From Hemiscyllium ocellatum (Eukaryota), in NCBI RefSeq assembly GCF_020745735.1, contig NC_083422.1, forward strand, positions 19,592,001-19,656,000: a stretch of 64,000 nucleotides of DNA, given 5' to 3'. Of the stretch, positions 36,237-49,094 are shown in pieces. Position 1 is the stretch's first letter. The number at the start of each line of letters is the position of its first letter. The position numbers and the translations under genes are program-made. The notes beneath the pieces were generated by a model. The model did no database searches. It saw nothing but the letters and a program-made list of their open reading frames with translations, and was not told the origin of the DNA.

Positions 36237-36854
36237 ACCTTATCTACCTGCCCTGCTATCTTCACAGATCTGTGGAAGTGCACACCAAGGTCCCTCTGAA
36301 CTTCAGAATTTTCCAGGTTCCTAACATTAAATGTGTAAGCCCTTACCTTGTTATCTCTCTCCAAAAGCATTATCTCACACTTATTTTGGGTTGTATTCCA
36401 TTTGCCACTGCTCTGCCAGCTGATCGGTCCATTGGTATCCTCCTGCGGGTCTACTGTTATCCCCTTCACTATTTACCAACCTACCAAATTCCATGTCATT
36501 TGGTTTTCAGATTCACATTCTAAAATACTGAAAGAGTGAATTAAAATAGGTCCAACTAGCAATGTCATCACAAATTTACATGCTTTCTTTGCTTTTGTTT
36601 TGTTATGTAGTATTTCTTACTTAATATTGATTACCAGCATAATCAGCAACTGAGAAAGTGAAGTGGGAGCAAATGTTTTTCGTGCTGTGTCACCTAATAA
36701 TTATCAGTACCCATAACTGAGTTGGAAATGTGCCATTCATTAAACAATGGTGAACACATATATTAGGTAATTGAAGAAGTTACTTGGAATTATTTACCAA
36801 TGGATGACAACTGAATTATTATTTTAAGGATCTATACAAGAGATCTATAAAACT

Positions 36855-36955
36855 TTGTTTTAATCCATTTATGGAATATGAATGCCATGGCTAGACTAGC
36901 ATTTATTGCCCTTGAGGATGTCATGATGAGCTGCTTCCTTGAATTGCAGTTGTGG
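36855..36955 (-). mobile_element. 3' tail of the family-2 LINE
   Basis: 'gctagactagcatttattgcccttgag...gagctgcttccttgaa' matches 38070-38140. Confidence 0.6.
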
Positions 36956-37479
36956 CAATGCTATTGACTGTTAACAGAATGATACTGGTAATCTTTTACA
37001 ATGTTACAAAACCCATCTTGTTTTTCATGTCATTGTCTCAAATTATCTTTTTGCAATAACAATCATCAGCACAGAACTACATTAAAACGCTTAAAATTTG
37101 TGTATCTAGTTTATACGTCATCATCAATACATTTCATTACTTTCTTTTGAACTGTTGTAAGTAATCATGTAAGGGGAATACTCTGTTTTTATGGTCTTTT
37201 CTAGCCCAGTCCTGTTTTAAAGATTATTTGTTTAAGATTCATATATGCACCTTTCATATATCCACATCCACATACATACAAGCTATGTCAGAAGAAGTTT
37301 GGGTCTTCTCATATGAATTACATCAGGGACCAATGGAGCCTATTTTAAACAAAACTATCACTTGTATTGAACAATTATATGATTTAAAAACCTCAGAATC
37401 TGAAGTTCTTCCACAGAGAGTGAAATAACTTTATTTGTAACCCTAACAAATGCAAATCCTGCACTAATTTCTAAAGGAT

Positions 37480-38035
37480 GTAAATTGAGAGAAGAGAATG
37501 TTCAATGAGACCTGGGTGTCCTTTTGCACCAGTCACTGAGAGTAAGCAGGTGCAGCAGGCAGCGAGGAAGGCAAACTCTATGTTGGCCTTCATAGTGAGA
37601 AGATTTGGTAATAAGAACAATAATGTCTAGCAGCAATTATACAGTGCAGCGGTGAGGCCACACGGAATATTGTGTCCAGTTTTGGTGGCATTATCTGAGG
37701 AAAGATGTTCTTGCTATAGGGGAAGGTTAACCAAACTGATTCCTGGGATGCCAGGGTTGGTGCATGGGGAAAGATTGAGTTGGTTGGGATTGTATTTACT
37801 AGAGTTTGGAAGATTGAAAAGGGATCTCATAGAAACCTGTAAAATTCTAACAGGGGACTAGACAGGTTAGTTGCAGGAAGGATATTCTGATTGTAGGGGA
37901 ATCCAGGAGTCATAGTTTAAAGATAAGAGCTGAGATGAGGAGAAATTTCTTCACCCACAAACTGGTGGGTCTATGGTAGTTTCCAACACAGAAAGTGTTT
38001 AAGGCCAAATGTTATGTGTTTTCAAGCAGAAAGAT
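37480..38035 (+). mobile_element. CR1/HER1 LINE 3' fragment
   Basis: DLGVLLHQSL...VRPHTEYCVQFW...TKLIPGMPGLVHGERLSWLGLYLLEFGRLKRDLIET. Confidence 0.9.
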
Positions 38036-38636
38036 TCTTTTCATTCCCTCATAGGCATGGTCAGTTGGGTGGGCCAGCATTTATTGCCCATCCCTAGTTA
38101 CCCTTGAGAAGGTGGTGGTGAGCTGTCTTCTTGAACTACTGCAGACCAAGTGCTGTAGGTTGACCCAAAATGCCATGAGGAGTTTGACCCAGCAACAATG
38201 AAGGAATATTGATATATTTTCAAATCAGGATAATGAATGGTTTGGATGGGAGTGTTCAGGTGGTAGTGTTCCCAAGTATCTGCTGCCTTTATTCTTCATG
38301 CAGGAAGTGATGAGGCTTTTAAAGGTACTACCTAAGAATCTTGGGTGAACTTCTGCAGTGTCTCTATCTTGTAGATCTCATACACACTGCTGCCCCTGAG
38401 CAAGGAGTGGATGCTTGTGTATATGGTGTCACTCAAGCATGCACTTGTCCAGGCAAGTAGAGAATATTCCATCACACTCCTGACTTGTGCCTTGTAGATG
38501 GTAGATAGGCTTTGGAGATCAGGAGGTGAGTTACTTTCTGAAGTTTTCCTCATGTCTGACCTGTTTTGCAGCCATTGTGTTTATATGATAAATCCATTCT
38601 GGTCAATGGTAACACCCACGATATTAATAGTGGGAG

Positions 38637-38908
38637 ATTCCCGCCTCAGACGACTCTCTGTGTGGAGTTTGCACATTCTCTCCGTGTCTGCGTGGGTTTC
38701 CTCCGAGTGCTCTGGTTCCCTCCCACAGTCCAAAAATGTGCAGGTTAAGTGAATTGGCCATGATAAATTGCCCGTAGTGTTAGATAAGGGGTAAAGGTAG
38801 GAGTATGGGTCTGTGTGGTATACGCTTCGGCAGGTCGGTGTGGACTTGTTGGGCCGAAGGGCCTGTTTCCACACTGTAAGTAATCTAATCTAATCTAATC
38901 TGATCTAA
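38637..38908 (+). mobile_element. HE1-type V-SINE, 5'-truncated
   Basis: Starts at the B-box end, V-domain, (TAATC)n tail. Confidence 0.95.
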
Positions 38909-39556
38909 TTCAGTGATGGTAACACCGTTGAATGTCAAAGGGCAATAGCTACATTGTCTCTTATTGGAGCTGGTCATTCCCTTGCATTTTTGTGGTGTTA
39001 CTTGTTGGCTAGATCTTGTTGCTTTTGAACATGGAGTATCTGAGGAGTCAGTGAACATGCAATCAATGATGAACATCCCCACTGCTGACCTTGTAATGGA
39101 GGGAAGGTCATTGATGAAGCAGCAGCAGATGATTAGGCCTCGAGCACTACCCTGAGGAACTCCTGCAGAGATGTCCTGGAGCTCGACAAACTAACCTCCA
39201 ATTACCACAACCAGATTTCCAGGTATGATTGCGACCAGCAGAGAGTTTGCCCCACATTTCCATTGATTCCAGTTTTGCTGGGACCCCTTGATGCCACACT
39301 CAGTTTGAATGTGGCCTTGATGTCAAGGACCGACACTCTCACCTCACCTCTAAAATTCAGCTTTTTTGTCCATGTTTGAACCAAGGCTGTATTGAGATCA
39401 GGAGCTGAGAACCCAAACTAAGCAGGTTATTGCTGAGTAGATGCTGTTTGATAGTACTGTCAATGATATCTTCCATCTCTTTACTGATGGGTCAGATTTG
39501 TCCTACCTTTCAAGTACAGGACAAACCAGGGTAATGCTTCATATTGTTGGGTAGAT

Positions 39557-39877
39557 TTTAGATTAGAATAGATTCCCTACGTGTGGAAACAGGCTCTTTG
39601 GCCCAACAAATCCACACCGACCCTCCAAAGAGTAACCCACCCAGTCTCATTTACCTCTGACTATTGGACCTAACACTATGGACAATTTACCATGGCCAAC
39701 TTACCTGGCATCACATCTTTGGACTGTGGGAGGAAACCGGAGCACCCGAAGGAAACCCACGCCGACACGGGGAGAATGTGCAAACTCCACACAGTCAGTT
39801 GCCCAAGGCTGGAATTGAACCTGGGACCTTGGTGCTGTGAGGCAGCAGTGCTAACCACTGAGCCACCGTGCCACCCC
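39557..39877 (-). mobile_element. HE1-type V-SINE
   Basis: Full-length reverse copy. Confidence 0.95.
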
Positions 39878-40640
39878 ACGTCAGTGTTTTTTCTGTACTG
39901 GAATAACTTGGCTAAGGAAGTGTCAAGTTCTGGACCACAATTCTTCAGTACTATTGCCAGAATATTATCAGGACCATTGCCTTTTCAGTATCCAATGCAT
40001 CCAACCATTTCTTGGTATCACACCGAGTGAATTGAAACGGCTGAATGTGATGCAGGGGACCCTTGGAGGAGGCTGAGATGGATCTTGTTGAAGATTGTTG
40101 CAAAAGCTTTAGCCTTATCATTTGCATTGATGTACTGGGCTCTTCCATCATTGTGCATGGGACTATTTTTGGAGTTGTTTCATTGTCCATCACCATTCAT
40201 GACTGGATGCAGCAGGTCTGCAGAGCTTAGATCTGATCTGTTGGTTGTGGGATTGCTTTGCTGTGCCTATAACTTGTTTCTTATTCTATTTGGCATGCAG
40301 GTAATCCTGTTTGGTAGATTCACCAGGCTGGAACCTCATTTTCAGGTATGTCTGGTGCTGCTCTTCGCATGCCCTCCTGCACACTCCGTTGAACCAGGGT
40401 TGATCCCCTAGCTTGATGGTAATGGGAATATGCCAGGCCATAAGATTGTAGATTGTGCTGGAGTACAATTCTGCTGCTGTTGATGGCCCATAACACCTCA
40501 TGGATGCCCAGTCTTGAGTTACTAGATCTGTTTGAAATCTGTCCCATTTAACACAGTGACAGTGCCATACAAAATAATACAGAGTACCCTCAAGGTGAAG
40601 GTTGGATTTCAGTTCCACACAGAGTGTGCAGTGATCAGAA

Positions 40641-40722
40641 CAATGAAGGATCACTGGATCTGAAACATTGACTCTGCTTTTTCTCTGTAGATGCTGTCAG
40701 ACCTGCTGATTTTCTCCAGTAG
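40641..40722 (+). mobile_element. Family-II hammerhead-headed repeat fragment
   Basis: ATGA-A-GGATC-ACTG-GATCT-GAAAC-ATT-GACTCTG...GATGCTGTCAGACCTGCTG. Confidence 0.65.
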
Positions 40723-41199
40723 TCTTATATGCAAGGTCAAGGCTTCAGTAATCCTATCAAGCTTAATCCCCCCACGTTCTTGCATGATGCAGTTTGTGCT
40801 GCATCCATCAGAATAAGGTCCATTCTGTAAAAGATCCATGTAGGGACATTCCATGTATCGAAACTATGCTAAACTGTCATTGGTGTGTGAAGGTAATGCT
40901 GATTGCTCAGGACCTGGTCTGTTTTTGATATGATACCACACGGGTTCATGAGACCTGTCACCAATAGATTCAGTTGCAGTTGGCATCATCATTCTGAATG
41001 AAGTGCAAATATGATGTGGAAAAATCACAAAGCAATTAATGTGCCAGCCAAGGGCTAGCAACCTCTGTTAGCTGCAGAACCACCTTTATACAGAGCGGTC
41101 ACAGTTGAAGGTAGCCTCAGGATGTGGTGAAGCTTCAGGAAACTCAAAGTCTACTGTCCTTGATTCCAATTCATCCAGATGGGCAAGTAACAGGGATGC

Positions 41200-41520
41200 C
41201 CCAGACTGAATATGTCCCAAGACACTGTGACAGAACTGCATCATCTACTTGTGACCTGAATGAGTGGGTGACCATTCTACCTCAATGGCCATCTTATACT
41301 TAACTTTTAAGCAACTGGCTACTTTTGAGGGACCATTGGGGACCTGTCTGAGATCTTCCAATCCACATCCTATTATATGCATCACAGGTATTGTGACAGA
41401 TCACAAAGCTTTGTCTCATTTCCCTGTGCAAGGTCAGTGCTGCAGCATGGGAGTAGGCATGCCCAACATAGCTGTCTTCTCCCAGGGGTAGGGCACCATA
41501 AACCATACACATTGTGGGTG
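41200..41520 (+). pseudogene. Harbinger/PIF (HARBI1-like) transposase remnant
   Basis: RLNMSQDTVTELHHLL ... LNF*ATGYF*GTIGDLSEIFQST ... FVSFP ... GVGMPNIAVFSQG*GTINHTH. Collinear with the HARBI1-family motifs LNF.ATGSFQ...GD..GISQS and AGFP.V.GAIDCTH. Confidence 0.7.
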
Positions 41521-41529
41521 TCATGTCAA

Positions 41530-42140
41530 TACATGGCTACAAGAGCAGGTCAGAGGCTAGGAGAACTGCAGCAAGTGACTCACTTCCTGACTCCCCAAAG
41601 CCTGTCCATCATTGATAAAACACAAGTCAGAGTGTGATGGAATACTCCCCACTTGCCTGGGTGGATGCAGCTCCAACAACACTCAAGAAGCTTGACACCA
41701 TCCAGGACAAAGCAGCCTCATTGATTGGTACGCCGTCCACAAACATCCACTCCCTCCACCACTCAGTGGCAGCTATCTGTACAATCTACAAGATAGATGT
41801 GTTGCAGAAATTCACAAAGATCTTCAGGCAGAAATTCCAAACCAATGACCACTTCCATTGAGAAGGACAGGGCAGCAGATACATGGGAACACCAACCCCT
41901 GAAAGTTCCCCTCCAAGCCAATCACAATCCAGACTTGGAACTATATCACTGTTCCTTCACTGTTGCTGCATCAAAATCCTTGAATTCCCTCCCTAATTAC
42001 ATTATGGTGGACACACAGCAGGTGGACTGCAGTGGTTCAAGAAGACAGCTCACCATCATCTTCTCAAGGAGCAACTAGAGACAGGCATTAAATGCTGGCC
42101 AGCCAGCAACATCCACGTCCCACAAAAAATGAATTTAAAA
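41530..42140 (+). mobile_element. Family-2 CR1/L2-group LINE 3' fragment
   Basis: AGQRLGELQQVTHFLTPQSLSII.KTQVR.VMEYSPLAWVDAAPTTLKKLDTIQDKAA. Tail shared with the family-2 SINE. Confidence 0.88.
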
Positions 42141-42384
42141 ATTATATAATTGTCAGCATGATACAATGATGTAATGTAAGGTGCAACAAACTAAATTGGG
42201 CTTAACTGACATCCTCTTCCAATTGATTAAGCTGTGTGCAATGATCATTTATTGACTGTGAAGTTGTTGATTGAAGGAAAGCAAATCTATTTGTTCCCAG
42301 AAGAAAATGCAACTTTTTTTGCTTTTTTTTCTGTTGCTGAAGAAAACTGAACATTTTCAACTAATGGAAGGCTTTCCAACATGT

Positions 42385-42488
42385 GATACTGGTGTATGGA
42401 GTTAGCCACAGATCAGCCATGATCTCATTGAATGACTGAACAGGCCCAAGGGGTTGAATGGCATACCTCTGTTCCTATGTTCCCATGT
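42385..42488 (+). mobile_element. CR1 3' UTR fragment
   Basis: 'gatcagccatgatctcattgaatg..gaacagg...ttcctatgttcc'. Confidence 0.75.
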
Positions 42489-43432
42489 TGAACAATGACA
42501 GAACATTTTGTGACACTGGGCAGTAAAGGAAAATGTAGGAGTCCTGTAGAAAGGGTTATAATGTAGTATGGTGCCAAGAATGAGTAACCTGTTTAGCTTG
42601 ACTCTTGCAGCTTCAGTTACAATAACTGTTGATCAGACAAGTGATGACATAAAGTAGCAATACTTTCGCATTTGTATTTCCAATGAAGAGGTTCCCATAT
42701 TGCCTATAGCCCCTGAGAAACTACTCTTTTTCATTTCCCTCCCACTACATGGATTGTGAAGGACTATTTGTGGTTAGCAGTGATTGACCTGTTATAGCAA
42801 TGGTAGGGGAAATCCTGTAATGACAAGTAATTCTGGCACTGATTAGCACACAATAGTGTGAATGCAATGCCATAGAGGCATGGTCCAAACATAAGAAAGT
42901 GAGCAATAGAGAATTGTTAAGAAACATGTTTGAGTTCATGGAGAGAAACCCTCTGTGAAACTCACTGAAATTGACACTTAGCTGAATTTGATAAATTTCA
43001 ACCCATAGATCTTATTCAAATTTCAACATACTGCATCAAGAAAGGAGATATTTGTGCTCTTAGTATTTATCCACGTAACATGAAATACTTACCATCAATG
43101 TCTCAAGACTCAAGAGAAAACATGATAGATCTCAAACTGATCACCATAATAAAACCATAAGATATAGGAGCAGACGTAGGACATTCAGCCCATTGATTGC
43201 CCTACCATTTGAGACTAAGCATATTTACTTAGTGTTATAATAACAATCAAAAAGATAACATCTGAATGCATGAATAAATACAAAGGAATTCTATTCTGCC
43301 ATTAAACTGATAATTGAATCAGAGAAGTGAAAACCACACAAGCATACAAATGAACGCGTTGCTCAAAGTTGAATGAGTGACACAAGTCTTTTATTTACAA
43401 TTCACACTTGCAAACCTCCTAATGAATTTAGT

Positions 43433-43803
43433 GGGGGGGAGCACTGGCCCAATGGTATTATAGTTAGACTATTAACCCAGAGCCTAGGTAATGTCTTGAG
43501 AATGCAGGTTCAAATCTTGCTATGGCAGGTGGTAAAATTTTAATTGTTAAAAATATCTGGAATTAAGATGATAGAATTCTAATGATGACCATGAATCCAT
43601 TGAAGATTGTTGGAAGACCCCATCTGGTTCACTAATGTCCTTTAGGGAAAGAAACTGCCACCCTTACCTGGTCTGGCATACATCTGACTCCAGATCCACA
43701 GCAATGTGATTGACTCTTAAACTGTCCTCTGGACAATTAGGAATGAACATTAAATGGTGGCCTAGTCAGTGACGCCTATTTCCCATGAGTGAATAAAACA
43801 AAA
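43433..43803 (+). mobile_element. Family-2 tRNA-derived SINE, full-length
   Basis: GGGGAGCACTGGCCCAATGG head, B-box GGTTCAAATC, core and LINE-like tail. Confidence 0.88.
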
Positions 43804-43824
43804 TACAAGTATTGACATTGCTGG

Positions 43825-44100
43825 GATTACACAGCAGCCATTTTACAGGCACTTAATTTCAACAAGAGGATGAGCCACTATTACTTCGGTGGTTTTGCTT
43901 GAGAAAAGAATGTTATTTTGGACACCAGAATAGTTCTTTATTGTATTAACCAATGGATCTTTAACATTTGCCTGAACTGTTGAAAAGACACTGTCTTGAT
44001 TTAATGGATTAGCTAAATGATAGTACTTCTGATGAAGTAGCACTCCCTTGGAACTGCACTGATGTGTCAACATAGATTATGTATTTAAATCCTGGAGCTA
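43825..44100 (-). mobile_element. Deu-domain SINE (SacSINE1/AmnSINE1-like)
   Basis: Minus strand 'cagtgcagttccaagggagtgctacttcatcagaagtactatc...tgttaaagatccattgg...ctggtgtcc' matches the recalled Deu core. Confidence 0.65.
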
Positions 44101-44995
44101 GATGATGCTTTGTTGAGAAAGTATCGTGCATTGTGCATTAATAACTCTCTATCAGAAACAATATTTTCACCTTTGCAATTATTTTTAACAAGATTTTATG
44201 TTGGATGACAAATGTAACGATAGCATATTTTTCAAATGAGTGTAAGAAACATTCATTTGAAAATGAAACATATATGTAAGAAACTATTATCGTATATTTG
44301 TAGGTAGAATAAAAAATTCATAAAGAACTCAAAGCAGTGCACTATTTATGCCTTTTAATAAGTTTTAGTTCTAGACGACAGTACTGTCAAGATCAATAAA
44401 AACATACCATTCATATCAGCAACATGAGGATTAATTGCGTCAACATGATAATCTATGAACTATGCTTTATCACACTAAACCATTTGTGTCACTTATTTGT
44501 TATGAAGCGTTCCTATCTTGTGATCATTGGATCATGGTTTATGTGGTGTTTGTTAAAGTAATTCTATTGTACCTTCATGTAACCAAGTCTTCATTTATAA
44601 TGAAAACACATCATAGAAAAAAAAATCATATAACAGTTGTTTTCCCAACCTTGTGCTCTTTGTTTTTTTAATCACCACCCACTATGAGCAGTAGTTTAAG
44701 TTTGCTTGGGTCAAATTTACAGTGATAAACCACATCCGTATGTTCATTTTATACTGCTTCATGGAATCATAGTTAATAAAATGGAAATAGTTCAGTACAT
44801 TACTCAATCACCTACAGCATTAAACCAACACAAACATTAGAAACTGTAAATAGTGGAGATGGAATAGCAGAATCAGAAAAGAAAAGTCCCGTGATACCAG
44901 GAAGTAAAAACCCTCGAATTGCAGCATGCACCCCTCCATCAGCCATTGGTCATAGTTGCCATGTCAGGGGGGTTTGCTTCAACTATTCCATGAGA

Positions 44996-45206
44996 TTTAC
45001 CCCTAACTAATGCACCTAACAGTATAGGTAATTTTAACATGGCCAATTCACCTGATCTGTACATCTTTGGGTTGTGGAAGGAAACCCACGTAGACACGGG
45101 GAGAATATGCAAGCTCTACACAGACAATCACCCGAGGCTGGAATCAAACCCAGGTCCCTGGTGCTATGAGACAGCAGTGCTAACCACTGAGCCACCGTGC
45201 CACCCC
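44996..45206 (-). mobile_element. HE1-type V-SINE lacking its tail
   Basis: Reverse head and V-domain. Confidence 0.92.
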
Positions 45207-45209
45207 ATG

Positions 45210-45305
45210 TGCTGGTCAATATTACTTTGCAGTTTGTGACATCTTGTTGTGCACAATTTGACTGTCTACAGCATAACATTAACTATACTTCAAAGAATAT
45301 TGGGC
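45210..45305 (+). mobile_element. Deu-SINE 3' fragment
   Basis: 'ctggtcaatattac..tgcagtttgtgacatcttgttgtgcacaattt...ctatacttcaaa'. Confidence 0.5.
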
Positions 45306-47015
45306 TCCGATGAACCTTAGCTGAGACTCCCTAAGGTTGTAAAGGGTGGTTTAAAAGTGAAAGTATTTCTTTTATTATCACGTATCCTCACTGACTCATG
45401 CATTAACTTTGGAATTCTCATTGTTGGCTTCAGGTCTCTCCCATGCCTGATTTCCACCTTATCTGTAACAGTTTCTAGCTTAATGCAGCAGATAGTATCT
45501 GCTCTCCTGATGCAGGTTTGTTGCACATCCCCATCTATCTTGGTCATTGAAGACAGAGTTTTCCAACAGTAAACACCACATTTGAATTTTCTTCAAGACG
45601 TCTTCATCTTCATCTTTCCTCATAAGCCTCTTCAGGTTTATCTATACAACAATGTAACAATCCGACCTCTTCTGACTAATGTCCTACTTCCTACTTAGTA
45701 TCTATCTCATCCCATACAATGTCCTTAAGACTCAAATGACACATTTTTAAAAGTAAGTTGCTGTTTTCAATAATTTAGACAGCAGAATTGTGACTCCTTA
45801 ACATGTTTTCAATAAAGCAGGCAAACATTTTAATGTAAAAAGTTTGTGAATAGTTCCCTGTCAAATGTAAATTTAAGTTAGCCATTAATATGTTTTTGGA
45901 ACAAGTCCCACACTCAAGCCTTTATAGCAATCAATAGTATTGATCTCTCAATTCTGATGTTATTAATCATAACTGGCCTGTTAGCATTGCTTTGCAGTCA
46001 CACAATCAATCCACTCTGAACAAGTTTCAGCTGAAAGCAGGCTTCAGCTCTCAGTGTATTTTACTGAAGGCTAGATAAGTGTGTCTGTGAAGTGCTATTG
46101 TAATTATTAAGAAATGTCTGCTGACCTCATGGTTGAAGTAAATCCCATGTAGCAGGTGTAACTTTGATAAGACTTTGGTCACCATTGGTGACGGAGGTAA
46201 ACATAAGAGATATTGATCACATCAGAACAGTGCTAAATCTTGTCTCCTGATCTATGACTTTCACTAGCACTTATAGTTGGCATTTAATGCCATTAGTGAA
46301 TAATAAGAAATGTCTATATGGCTCTATAGGTTTGAATGAAATCAATAATAATTCATTGTTCATGGAGCTTCAACAGTTTTGTTGTTTAGTGTTGGCCACC
46401 ATCATTGTAAGAAATGAAAATCATGTGGTTTTTATAATGTCAGCCAACTCTCAGTTTTATGCCTAAGTGGCAAGTTTAAAATCTGACCCATCAAATAGTT
46501 CTATGTTTTCATAATGTAAGAACCTTTTTTTTCTGGATTTTTAATATATTTGAGTTTGAGACAGCAAATGTGGAACAAAAGATCTTTGGAAATCAGTACG
46601 TTTGACTTATGATATTTTTCCCAGTAGGTTTTCAACACAAAAGTTGATATTCTTGACTGAAAGGTTGACTCAGTTTTTGTTTCTACTTTTTCATAAAATG
46701 TCCTGAGGGCTCATAGTTACAGAGTTGAGAATTGTTCCTTCTGTTTCAGTCAAACACTGTGATTCCTGAAGTGTGGTGCAGGAAAGGTGACATTGCAAAC
46801 AATAAATATGCTCTATGGTCTTGTTTTAATATGTAATCAATACACAGATTGTTTGAATTCACAAGCAGATTGCATTTTTTTGAGCTGTGGTCTGATTCGC
46901 ATTAAAACATTGCAGTTTGATGTGGAGAACTGATATATAACAAGCAGCATGATTAACAGAAATACATTTGTGCATTTATAAACATTGGGGAGCAGACAGA
47001 TATTCCCAAATGTTG

Positions 47016-47140
47016 AGAGTTCTGAAGGAGGGTCATTAATTCTGCTTTCTCTCCACAGATGCTGCTAGATCTGCTGAGTCTTACAAGTAATTTTAGCTTT
47101 TTTTTTCTGACTTGCAGCATCTGCAGTTTTTCCAGTTTTT
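47016..47140 (+). mobile_element. Family-II hammerhead-headed repeat with internal deletion
   Basis: GAGTT-CTGAAGG-A-GGGTCA[deletion]TTAATTCTG...CACAGATGCTGCTAGATCTGCTGAG...CAGCATCTGCAG. Confidence 0.7.
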
Positions 47141-48739
47141 CATGACCAAATTTTGTTTGATATTATTATTGGGTACACTGACATAAAACTCATGTTAATA
47201 TTTCTCATATGTAAAGTTCATGGAATAATCAAGTACAACAAGAATTGACCTTTATTCATTTTAGGCTAGAGAAAGTTTAATTTCCTTCCTTTTTACCTCA
47301 AATCTCAGTCCTAGGTTCAAAATTTGTCTTGTGGCAAGTGAAGAGTAAATACCTGGTCAATGAAGTCTCATATTGCAATTCACCTCAGTAATGTACCCCC
47401 AAAAAAAATCTTTCCTGTTGTGCTTTAATGAACCCTTCTGCAAAGTATGTTGAAGAACAGCCAATTTGGTCATTTTGCTATTTATAAATAGCAGTTACAA
47501 GTAATAATATGCATCACCACCTGAAGGAGGTATTGCGTTTCTTTTTCAGATTAAATGACTGATCAATATATTATTAGTTCATTTTTAATTGCATGATTAC
47601 AGCACACATTTTCACATTTCATTTGATATGTATATCATCGCATCTTTCTTTAACGGTGTCAAGTATAAGGCCTTATATAAGGGAGAGGATTAAAGCAGGA
47701 ATTACAGCACATGGTCAAACATTTCCAATTTGGTGTACTTCTCAACCATATATACAGGTTCCAGTATTTAGAGTGTTTACACACACTGTAAGAGCTGGAC
47801 AACGAGAAACTCTCTTAACTTTCCATTTCTTTGTTTTTTGAAGCCCATTAAGGTGGATATAAAATCACAAAGATCCAAGAAGCCACTCTTTCTCTCCCCA
47901 CTTCCTCATTTTAATAGGTTTTCTGAATTTCATGTAAGCATAAAACAAACACAGCAATACAGATGGAATCAGAATAGTCAATCATTGCAAATACACTCAA
48001 GACTACATTTTACTAGAAATTGGGTATGTGTCAATTTCAGTGAGTTTTGTGGAGGGTTTCTTTCTGTGAGCCCTAGATTGTTTTCCTGCATTACTCTCCA
48101 GAGCTTACCACATTAGTAAGGAACCATGCAACTATAGTTCCCCATTCACAATATCATCCAGTCAGAAATGGCAAAGTTTCTCCATAGCCAGGTCCTTCTG
48201 GACTTCCCAGCACCGGTGCTGTTTTTAAAGCCCAGCTAGACACCAGGTCGTGTAATGCCAGTCAGGAGTTGCCCTTCGTTTCTGAGAGCACACAAGTGGC
48301 ACAGCTGTCACTTTATTGTAAATAAAAGCTCACATTCATAAATATGTTGCTACATTACATGATCTGCTGCCCACCATTTTAACTGCAGCTACTGATCCTT
48401 AGCACCGCACCATACTTTCCCAACTGACTCACCAATGCCCAGACTGTTCAGGCACTGAGACAATTTCTCTCACACTGTTTACAATTAATTTCCAAACAAA
48501 TTTAATCTGAATCAAGTTTTAGAAATTTGCCCTACAACTTGACTTCAATTAATTTTTCTAAAAAATAACTGAGCTAGAATCCCCCTTGTAACACTCTGCT
48601 AAAGAAAAGTACTAAATGGCACTGATAATCATTGGAAATAGCATATATTGCACATACGTAGAATGGACAAACTGTACTTAGTTTAAAATGTGTTGCTGGA
48701 AAAGCGCAGCAGGTCAGGCAGCATCCAAGGAGAAGAAGA

Positions 48740-48774
48740 GTCAACGTTTCAGGCATGAGCCCTTCTTCAGGAAT
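48740..48774 (-). ncRNA. Minimal hammerhead ribozyme motif
   Basis: Minus strand ATTC-CTGAAGA-A-GGGC-TCAT-GCCT-GAAAC-GTT-GAC. The core is intact. Confidence 0.6.
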
Positions 48775-48894
48775 GAGGAGAGTATGCCAAGCAGGCTCAG
48801 ATAAAACGTAGGGAGGAGGGACTTGGGGGAACGGCGGTGGAAATGCGATAGGTGAAAGGAGGTTAAGGTGAGGGTGATCAGGTGAGGGTGTTGG

Positions 48895-49094
48895 GCCCCG
48901 TGGCCCAACATTTCAACTCCCCCTCCCACTCTGCCGAGGACATGGAGGTCCTGGGCCTCCTTCACCGCCGCTCCGTCACCACCAGACGCCTGGAGGAAGA
49001 ACGCCTCATCTTCCGCCTCGGAACATTTCAACCCCAGGGCATCAATGTAGACTTCAACAGTTTCCTCATTTCCCCTTCCCCCATCTCATCCTAG
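48895..49094 (+). pseudogene. Penelope GIY-YIG endonuclease C-terminal fragment
   Basis: PVAQHFNSPSHSAEDMEVLGL...RRLEEERLIFRLGTFQPQGINVDFNSF. Confidence 0.88.

Larger units (their letters stand above)
35225..36520 (-). mobile_element. CR1 LINE 3' fragment with two nested insertions
   Basis: Minus-strand KCEIM...LENSEVQRDLGVHFHRSVKIAGQVDKV (ORF 36230-36469). Tail at about 35225. Confidence 0.85.
38036..40640 (-). mobile_element. Family-2 CR1/L2-group LINE (EN-RT remnant), interrupted by two HE1 SINEs
   Basis: Minus-strand LSTIYKAQVRSVMEYS, VRVSVLDIKATF, KLGDQPWFNGVCRRA. 3' tail at about 38036-38100. Confidence 0.85.
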
